A stretch of 61,125 nucleotides of DNA, the filler included, from Basidioascus undulatus (lineage: Eukaryota), in assembly GCA_000826855.1 (NCBI GenBank). It is 5 parts of 5 records of this genome, joined end to end, with 100 filler letters (N's around TTAATTAATTAA, not from the genome) between each part and the next. Parts side by side here need not be neighbours in the genome. Positions count along the whole stretch, not along the records: positions 49,000 to 61,125 come from JTLS01000946.1; 4 more parts are not named here. One strand, given 5' to 3'. The position numbers and the translations under genes were made by a program. Positions 51,759 through 61,125 of this stretch are shown here, piece after piece (the stretch's first letter is position 1; every line of letters starts with the position of its first letter). A model generated the notes under the pieces. It made no database searches. It worked only from the letters and a program-made list of their open reading frames with translations, and had not been told where the DNA came from.

Positions 51759-54416
51759 ATGGCTCCCGCGTTGAAAATGGTCCTCCTGTTGCTCACCCTC
51801 GCGGGGACCGTTCTGGGTCACGGCATGGTCTTCGAGCCGCAACCTCGAATGGTACGTACTCCGCCGACCTGTACCTACTGCCGCTCCTCAACCGTTTCTG
51901 ACGCTGCGCGTTCAGCCGGGGCCGAAGTACGTCGAAACTTGCGGCGAGGGTTTCACTGGAAAGGTATGGAGCAGACGAGCATTTAAGCCCAGCCTTGAAG
52001 CGGTGCTCATGCCTACTCTCGAAGGTCCTGCCGCAAGAAAATCTGCGCGGACCGCTGCAATGGCAGGTACGTCGATCGGCTGTCTCTTTTGGAATGGCGG
52101 CGAGCCTGCATACCGACCTTTTTTGTTGTCCGGATAGTACGGTAGTATTGCCTACACTGCAGCAACGCACCAGGAGAGCCTCCGTCCGAAGCCTGGATGT
52201 GACATGTTCAAGGTACGTCTTCCTCGATCGACTGCAGAGGAAGACAAGGTTGCTCACCACGAAGAGACATCACAGTGCCACGGTGCGGTTGCGCAACTTA
52301 GCCCTGCAAGCAAACCCTTCTTACCCTTCCCATGCAGGCTATCATATTGAGGACGACAGCGTCATCCACGAGTACCACGCGGGCCAGGACATCCCGTTCT
52401 ATGTTGATTTCGAGGCGCAACATCGCGGCATGTGAGTACATCTTGCCAATGACGTTGCAAAACAGGGCTGACATAGTCCTCTTGCAGTGCTAATGTATCG
52501 GTCATCGACCTGGCCGAGAACAAAATCATCGCGACGCTGAGAACCTGGGTGAACGGGACCTACGGAGGTACGGTGCTGCTTCCGACTTCGCCAGACGCGT
52601 CCATTTTCTGACGTTCTCCATGGCAACTCCTAGCCTGGGATCCGGCATCCTACGACCGCACACGCCTCAACCAGAACCCGTCCTACTTCCACGACAATGC
52701 CTGGCTCAAACAGAACTACCCCTCCCTGACGGGCGCGCCGCTCCTTGCGCGCCCGAACCTCATGCCGCTCGACAACCGGAACTTCACCGTCACGATGCCT
52801 GATCTGGGAGACCGGTGCGCGCAGAAGGGAGCTTGCGCTATTCAGGTACGTCGGTCTTCTCGCGACGCACTTTGAAGAACTTCACTGAAATGAAGTCTGC
52901 GTGGTCGGCAGTGGTTTTGGACGGGTTACTACGACGTGGCGGACCCGCAGCAGTACTCCAAGTGCGTGCAAATCTCGTTTCTAGATTCTTTCGGTCTGCT
53001 GATATTCATATTCGATAGCTGCGTTGACTTCGTCATGGCCGGCGCGGCTGCTCCCTCGTCCGCGAGCACTACGAGTTCCACGACTTCTACAACGATTGCT
53101 GCCCCCACCAGCTCTTCTACCACGAGCTCCGTTCACCCCTCCACTACCAGCTCAACCTCCGCGGAGCCCACGACGACCAGCTCCAGCTCCTCGGCGCCCC
53201 AAACGACTAGCACGTCGACGTCGAGCTCGACCATCGCAGCGCCCACTGCGACTGGCCCGACGGTGACCGTCACTGTCGTGCGTTTCTCACGACCCTCTTG
53301 ACTGGCTTCGAATTCTCAGCCAAACCAACAGAAACCTTTCGCGACGACCGTTCTCCCTTCCACTACGAGCGTCATTGTTCCCCCCGGCGTCTGGTCGATC
53401 TCGTGCGTTTCCGCTTGCATTTGGAAACGAAGGATGAAACTTAACTTGCTTATTTTGGAATATAGGACGGCCTATCGGACTGTCACCCGCCCCGCTATCG
53501 TCGGTGCTACGCCGGCGCCTCAAGCGGGCGTCGAGACTGTGACTGTCGATCTGGAAGGCAACACTGTTCAGCCGGTCGTGTCCACTGGGTGCGTTATCTT
53601 CGCGCGTCTGCGGTATACCCTGACCGACTCTTTATATTGCCCATCCGTAACCCAGAATTGCCAACGGCGGAATTTGGGTCACTACCACGTCCTATGTGAC
53701 GGTCGGCGGACCGCAACAGTCCGCTCCTGCCGTTGCGCCTGTGGCAACGACGTCCTCTTCGACCTCCACCTCCATTTCCACTGCTGTGGTTTTGACGTCC
53801 AACTCCACTGCTGCTCTCTCGACGTCCAAGTCTCCCGCTGCCCTTGCCTCTCCCGCACCGACGTCTTCGTCGACGACCTCCAGCTCCACCCCCTCGCCTA
53901 CCTCTCGGCCCACTCCGACGACCACTTCCTCTCCTCAGGCAACGGACGGCACGGTCACTCTGACGTTGGTACGCTACCGCAACCTTCATTGTGTTCCACC
54001 TTCCAACCTTCTGAGTTGCTGATCTCCTCCTACCCGCGATGCAGATCCCCAACGCAGTCCAGACCGTGCTCAGCACGCAGAGCGTGATCGTGCCCCCAGG
54101 CGTGTGGTCCGTCTCAACCTCAGCGATGACCGTGACGGGCACGGGCTTCAGGGGCCCCACCCCCGCGCCCAACCCGGCTGTCTCGACGGTCATCGTTGAC
54201 CAGCAGGGGCGCTCGATGAGCGCGAGCCTGACGAGCAGCATCGTCCCTCCGGGAGTGTGGGCAACAGGGTACGTCGTTTTGAGAGGCATTATCGTAGTGT
54301 TGAGGCTAACATAATGGTTTATCTGCAGGACCGTCTGGATGCCCGCGCCCACTTCTGGTTCCATGCGCCGGCGCGAGCCGAAGCGCAGCCCGGAGCGCTT
54401 GCAAGGGCGGCACTAG
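51759..54416 (+). CDS. Secreted AA16-like lytic polysaccharide monooxygenase (His-brace) with Ser/Thr linkers and repeated C-terminal modules
   Basis: Signal peptide, then H1-GMVFEPQPRM/PGPKYVETCG...CDMFK/CHG/YHIED...FYVDFEAQHRG/ANVSVIDL...NFTVTMPDLGDRCAQKGACAIQ/WFW...QQYSN/CVDF. His1, the second His and the axial Tyr match the AA16 pattern as I recall it. Confidence 0.8.
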
Positions 54417-55479
54417 AGCGTTTTCGTGGACATGAGCAGGCTGTTCCGGCTTTTGTTATACCCTTATTATTATAATTTTTGTTATCATGTGTACGCGGAG
54501 TGAGACTGCCTCTCGGACATTGCTCACTACGGACTTCATTGAGCCAGCTCGAACAAACACGGTCAGGTCTCACAGTCCAGGACGCCCCGTCTTCTATCAG
54601 CTCGCCGAAGCAGCCCTATATAACAAGGTAAAAGCACCCCAGCTTTTCTGCCACTTGGACCCCACCGAGACAAACTTCACTACCGGTAGGACTTACAGAT
54701 CCGGCATCCGGCTGCAATCCCGATTGCAATTGGCAAACCAGCAAGGGCTGTTACCTGCGTTACTGCGTGTCCGGATGTTACTGTAATTATTATGTGACTG
54801 AAGTCTCGCAACTCAGAGGAGTCATCGCCTGTCCTGCGTCAGGGCTGCAAGCACTGCATCGCGCAGGTCGGCGGGCACTTGGTGACGTTTCTTGGACCAT
54901 CAATGACTTCGAGTCGACGACAATGTTAAATCAAATATACTGAGTATACGCTCCCCGCCTTCACACAGCTCAGCCTTTCCACTCAGCAGCGCAGAGCGCA
55001 GCTAACTTACCGTCGCGGGTCTTCAATGGAAGCTCACCGTTGCGTGTCGTGACAAGGACTCAAGCATCGCTGGCGGGGTTAAAGTCAAAGTCTCCACTGA
55101 CGCCTTGCGTTATACGGGGAAGGAAGAGGACTAGGAGTGGAGTAATGCTTCTGTGCGAGGCGTGGCGGGACAAAGGATGGGGGCAGTGGCTCTGTCGAAG
55201 GGGTTTGCAATTGCTTTTGTTGTTAGAAAACGCATGTTTTGATTGCGTGATCAGGTCAATGATGTGATTGAGGATTTCCCAGTACTTCTCATGGCTGTTG
55301 ATTTTCGTGACCGTACAGCTATGCCGCATCCTCCTCGAACACACAGTTTCTTGCAATCAGGGTACCACGTGCCATAAAGCGTCAGGGGTTAGCGTGGCAA
55401 TTCATCTCAGCTGTTGAAGTATCATAGGATACCTGAAGCATATGAGAATGTGGAGGAAATGCAACCTTTAACGAAAAAT

Positions 55480-58300
55480 AGACCTAAAAACAGGGGATCA
55501 GGGCGAGCATAGCCATGACGACCTGCGCAATACTACGTGCGGGGAAGCGGATGCTGAAAGCATAGAATGCAACAAAATTGGGTCCCCCATATTGATCTGA
55601 TCGAGCTAGTGAACGACCATCATGCCAGAGGTTGCCTGCTGTCCGGGGAAGCTCAACAGCAAGGCCAGTCCAGCCAGTCCGCAGGTAGTAAACAGCGCAG
55701 CCTGTTAACGGTACATGTGTCCGGTCAGCAAGCGAGTGCAAGTAGATATGCAAAGGGGCTTAGACATACCGAATAACCCTCCATGATTCACCGACGGGGT
55801 GTTATGCGTCGCCACCGGGTGCTTGTTGACGACTGAGGACGAAACGATGGACGTGATGGCGAGGCCGACACCGCTCCCGATTTGAAACGCCTGGGGAGCA
55901 TTGAGGGAGGGGATCGTCAGAGATAGTCCAATTATTCATCATCAAGGACGCTTGTAAGTGGTCACGACGCAACTGTGTTGACTAGACCTCCTGCGAACTT
56001 GGCCCCGGGCGGGACAGCCGATACGAGCGCAATCGAAATCACATTGTACACGATTGCAACGGCGGCGACACCGAGGAGGGCCGTAGGCAGCACCAGGCTG
56101 TACGGCCCATGAATGACTGTAGATTACTGTCAGCAATGCGGGAGTAGTGGGCCGACCAAAGAAGAGCAGACGCACGCCCAGAAGTTACCATCGGCTTTCA
56201 GAAACGTCGCAGGGAGTGGAGCGACTGCGCAGAGAACAAGTCCGCCGACGAGGAGAGGCTTAATTGAGAAGCTGGGTGATATGGATGAATGACTCTCAGT
56301 CAAAGTTCTTGGTCCAGGAACGTAATTTGGGGAAGTACTGTTCAACAACCCGACCCATTGACACGGAGACCACAAAGCCGACAAGTCCCATGGGCTGAGG
56401 CAGTTGTTCGGGGCATCAGCGTGCCGTTGAGGCGACAGTATGGGGTGCCTGATAAACGGGACAGTACGCAGAGGAAAGCGTAGGGCGGTCCCGAGGGGTG
56501 AGATGAGGAGCACTTCCTGTGCAGGCACCATGCTGGGGTCAGCACGAATACGGCAAGAAGGAATAGCGGCGCACCTGGGCGATGAGATTAAAGTAATACA
56601 CGACGCTGCCGATCGACATGTATCGGGTCAATAATATGTTCTGTGTAACAGTACAAGGCAAACAACTTACGATGACCACCACATGTACAACAGGAAGCCC
56701 GAGCACCAAAGGCCAGCGAAGGAGGGTAGTTTCCACAGGTATAGCTGTTTTCACCGTCATCTTTCAGTGATTGATCCGGCAAGTAATCAGGAAGTGAGAC
56801 GTACAGGCATGATAGCATTCTTGACTTTCTTCTCGGAGTAGGCAAACACGAGTATCACCAGCACGCTGACTATCAGAGGGGCGATGATCATGGGGCTCTT
56901 CCACCCAGATACCTCTGACTGGCTCAGTGCGAAAGTGAGGAGAATTATTACGCTGCACCATAGTTCCCCGCTTACCACTTTGAGCCGCCAACAATGAGGC
57001 CAAAGGGGCAAAGCTAGCGCACCTTGTCCCCAGGGCTGCACCGAGGAAGTCGAGCGCTGGCTTCGGCCCGTCGTGCTTCCGCTCTTTGGGGAAGCTGAAC
57101 CACGCAATGACGGCGGGGGCAAGGATGACGGGGGCGGTAAAGTAGAAAAGGTATCTGTTCAGTAAGGAGTGTTTGCAGCGAACTCAGCGTAGGGAACAAA
57201 ACGAGTGGGGGCGCCGGAAACACACCGCCAGCCTAGGGTTCCGCTGAACAGGCCTGCGTCACAGATAGGGCAGAATATGGGAGTCCGAGCGGTTGCATGG
57301 GTACGGGAGAGCGCCTACCGCCAAGGATCAGGCCGAGGACGAAACTGCACGAAGAGCGTCAGTACTCATCGTTCATAGGGCTGCTTGGATTGAAAGATTG
57401 CCATTGCCCGATAGCCCCTGCTGCGCCAAACACAGACAGGACCCGGTATCGCCCATTGCCGAGGAAGAAGTTAGACAAAACTTCCGTGCGGAGGGCACAG
57501 TGGCGGCTGCGCCGAGACCATGCAACGCGCTGTAAACCCGAAGATCGGTCAGTCGGTGGTCTGTCCTGAGCAATACAACAACGGAAAGAGAGACTCGGAC
57601 ACATCGGAAGATGATGCACTGTACGTCGGTCTTGCTTAAACCCACAGCCACTGTGAAGATCGACATCCAAGCCATCATGCCCGCTAGTTGCCTCCAAGCA
57701 TCTCAGAAGGAGCTGGCGAAGAAATAGTGAGAATGTGGGTGGGGGACTTACCACAGAAGACTGGCCTACGTCCATAGCGGTCCGCCAGCACTTCGGCCAG
57801 GAGCGAGAATCCACCGAAGGTCAAGGTATACGCTGAGATCAGCCACGTGAGAGAGCCTTCGACGAGGCCAAGCTCCTCGCCGATGTGGGGAAGGGCGACT
57901 GCATACGGGTAGGGGGATGAGCATGTGGTATGTGGAGGAACTCAAACTGGAAACACACTGTTGACTCCAGTCATGTACACTGCAAAGCCAGCAGCTGTGA
58001 GTTCCGTGCGCAGCAGGTGAACCTCCGCAGAGCGCACCGTTGTCGAGACACTGCGCCGTGCAAGTCAAGCACTGCGTATCCCCCCCCGCATTTGAGCCGG
58101 CCACTTCGATGTACTCACACCGCACCTAACAACCCCATACTCACCAGCACCGTCCCCTGGCACTCCCGATCGTACGGGTCATCCTCGGATCCTCCGGCTC
58201 CTCGACGCTCATATCCGCGCGGGCAGGCGCGGGGGTTGAATCCTCATTGATCCTGCCCTCCCATCGGACGGCCAATCCCTTCACAGCCGCCTCTTGGCGG
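55480..58300 (-). pseudogene. DHA2/Atr1-like MFS drug efflux transporter, degraded
   Basis: Fragments: LADRYGRR, CIIFR/ALHGLGAAATVPSA, SVFGAAGAIG, WR/YLFYFTAP, LDFLGA, ILLTFALSQSEVSGWKSPMIIAPLIVS. Stops and frameshifts occur in several exons; ends are approximate. Confidence 0.65.
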
Positions 58301-60841
58301 ATGCTCCGTGCTCGTCGTTGACGGCCTGCGCGCGCTCAGACTGTCCGACTCCTTCCGCAGCGCCGTGACTGCAGGCGGGAGCGGCTCGAGTCCCACTCCC
58401 GGTCCCGCGCCAACGATCGAGCTCCGGTGGCGCTCGCTATTGCGTACGCTGCTAGCGCGGTGCACAGAGTGTGCTGGGACGTGCGCCGCTCGGAGGGTGT
58501 AAAGAGCCCACCCACTTCCTTGTTCGTCGCGCCCCGAGACTGCTTGGAATAGCTGAGATTGACGCATACGCCTGCGGGTCGGCTTCATAGTCAGAAGGCG
58601 TATCATCAAGTGCGGAGTCTGGGAAGCGGTCGGCGATGACCACTTCAGGTGGGGGGGCGGGAGTCGCCCTGCGAAGACAGAATCTCAGTCCGCTACACGT
58701 TGGCTACAAGGGCTGGCAGGTCATCAGCTCGAGCACGTACATATTTTTCTCGGTGAATTATGAAAGGGTTTTTTCGGTGGTTATGCAACCCTCAAATGTT
58801 AGCGGCGCGGAGAGAGGCACGTCAACAACGAGAATGTGGAGACACTCTGCTCGCAGCCACACTGTCAGTTCAGCTCGAGTCGCCGTACGATTGCTGATGA
58901 GGGGTTGCAAGGTCACAAATGCCTTACGGGAAAATACAAGGGAGTGGAAAAAGCTGGGGTTCATCTCGTCGTTGTATAAAACAGCTACGGACGACGGACC
59001 GGCCTTCCGGGGTTGCCATCAAGTCCGCGCTGTCGGCTCTGCCTCTCATCAGCACAGAACACATGCACACTTGTGTCCCATGCAAGCACTTCCACAACAA
59101 ATATCAGGCCCAACTTCTAGGGATGCCCCAGCAAAGAAGTAAAGGGCTGGTCGAGCCGGCTCCCTGCTGCCAGCTTACAGTGCAGATCACGTTCGCATAC
59201 AGTCAGCTTCTTCTCATGCATAACAAAGTACCTAACGGAAGACCTGGGAAACATTAACACGGCACCCACGTGCCCTAGGGCACAATCTAGTACCGCACGT
59301 TACGGTTCTGTATGAGCCTGTATCCATGTTCACGGCCGCTTCCGAAGCGTTGCTTGCCACTCCGGGACGCCTCAGGTCTGCAGTTGGCATCCCGGCCGAG
59401 ACGCGTTGACGAGGAGCCGAAGCTTACAATGGACCCAATGGAAGATATATCTAGTAGTTCTAAGATTGTCCTAAATGTATAAAGGAGAGGATTGGCACAG
59501 TGTTTGCTTGCTACCTTCGAGGAGCTTCAGAAGGAAGACGGCTAATTGACGGCACCAGCTGCAAGCTTTCCTGGGTCTTTTTAGACATTGAATTTGTCCA
59601 TTTTTAAGGTGATGTATGGCATTTGAGGTTTCTAGAGAGGGAAGGTGCGTGGATAGGGAAGGTGCGTGGATGCTGGGGTCAAAAAGCAAACGATCGCAGG
59701 CTCATGTCCTCGTTGCCTTGCTTGCCTTTTGCCATAGATCACGAGAAAAGGAAAATTATCCAGATATTATGAAGTGTCGATACTGTGACATGAAAGCAGA
59801 ATTTGACCTACAGAACCTGTGCTCTGACGTTGCACTGCGGCAACGCGGAAAAAGACGGACTGTACCGTGAACGTCCCACATCTCACAGAACAAGTTATAG
59901 AAAAATGTACAGGAGCTGGATCCATCCACGAGGTAGAACCTGACGCATTGGACGATTTCCTATCCCCCTGAGCGTATTGGCAAGCCGAGACCGAACCGCT
60001 TACCTATCATGCACCTCGTTCTTTCCCAGCGCCGATGATCGTACTTGAACATGTTCATGATTGTGCAGATAGTGGGTCTCGGACATGATGTCAATGAGGT
60101 CAATGGAGATCAGGCAGACACTGAGGTCTGAAGTCCTGCAACCGAGATGAAGAGGACCCATTGTTGTCTGGATAAGGCCTGAGAGTAAATATATGCAATG
60201 TGTGAACTGTGTTTCAAGCAATTGGAGATATTTTTGACCTGCAGCTACAGCTGATCCCAGACAGCATGCTGATTCCCGAAGAGCATAGTTGCAATGCAGC
60301 ACGGTGAGCGACGCAGGTGTGTTCCAGGTTCAAGAAGGGGTACATTCATAGCTCTTGAATAGAGGCTTTCGCATACAGCCTTTAGATTTTCCAAAGCTTT
60401 TATGTTGCACATGAATTGTCCTGAATAAGTACGAGCATGCATGATGGCTGAAGAGACCACTGCAAAGTCGGACCGGCAGTGCATTACTTCATTGCACACA
60501 GCGCGCTCGGCAGCTCGACAATGTGCGCAGTACGTTCTTCATTCTAAGCTTGTTCTCTGTACACTGTTATTCCTTATACAATTTATACCTGGTTTGACTC
60601 TGGTATGAAAGTGTTGATTCGCAAGTAATGATAATTGCTGAAGGATGGCGGACGCAGGCTGCATGTCGCACGTCACGGCGTCGTCCGGCCCGCGTTACCT
60701 TCACATCCACATCGCTGTTCTTCGTCCACGCTCTCGCTCGCCGCGCTCGCCACGCAGGCACCGAGTACCGAACACAGCCTCGTCTGATTCGAGCACGCCC
60801 ACGAGACAGACCGCACTCGAGCAGAGCAGAGCACAGCTTCC

Positions 60842-61125
60842 ATGGCGTTCATCCCGCCCCGCAAGAGCCCGCGCAAGCCGGCGCTGAGCCCTGCCAAGGT
60901 GCGTCTGTTGCTCGAACCGCTTTGTACCCTCCCGATATTCACGACAAACTAAACACCCCGCTTGGTCTGGCCTACACAGCTCTTTATCCCCCCAGGAAAT
61001 GCGCCGGGTATGTCGGACAGCGGATCCGACGCCGGCTGGAACATCACCTCGGGCAGCTCGAGCATGAGCAGCGGCTCCGGCTCCGGCGCAGCGAGCCTCG
61101 CGCCTCCGCCCATGACCCCGACGAG
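60842..61125 (+). CDS. 5' end of a hypothetical Ser/Pro-rich protein, truncated by window end
   Basis: MAFIPPRKSPRKPALSPAK / GTGCGT...CAG intron / LFIPPGNAPGMSDSGSDAGWNITSGSSS... in frame. Confidence 0.55.

Noticed and set aside
59471..59689. KRPRKACSWCRQ resembling a Zn2Cys6 cluster start
   Set aside because: The remaining four cysteines could not be recovered with plausible splicing.

Overview
This is eukaryotic, intron-rich, GC-rich DNA from a basidiomycete fungus (many 50-150 nt GT-AG introns with CTGAC/CTAAC branch points, plus micro-exons). The window is five unrelated contigs of about 12.1 kb (1-12166, 12267-24414, 24515-36658, 36759-48899, 49000-61125), joined by N44-TTAATTAATTAA-N44 spacers in descending length order, so synteny across spacers is meaningless. 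Recognisable genes: Yip4/YIPF6, ATP20, a Rap/Rsr1 GTPase, an RS-domain cyclophilin, an AMID/AIF-like oxidoreductase, a divergent RPB9, XMAP215/STU2, pyruvate decarboxylase, a LigB/DODA-type dioxygenase, an Mch1-like MFS transporter, eIF2B-gamma, MPS1 and an AA16-like copper LPMO with an unfamiliar repeated C-terminal module. Several accessory genes are decayed (kinase, BTB, secreted nuclease, F-box-like genes, DHA2-type MFS). The most notable item is at 8469-8540: a complete tRNA-Arg(UCG) encoded in circularly permuted order. Its 3' half comes first and is fused directly to the 5' half, the break is at position 37/38, and a T5 Pol III terminator follows. I know this architecture from some algae and one archaeon but not from fungi. 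All calls come from reading and motif recognition; no searches were run.
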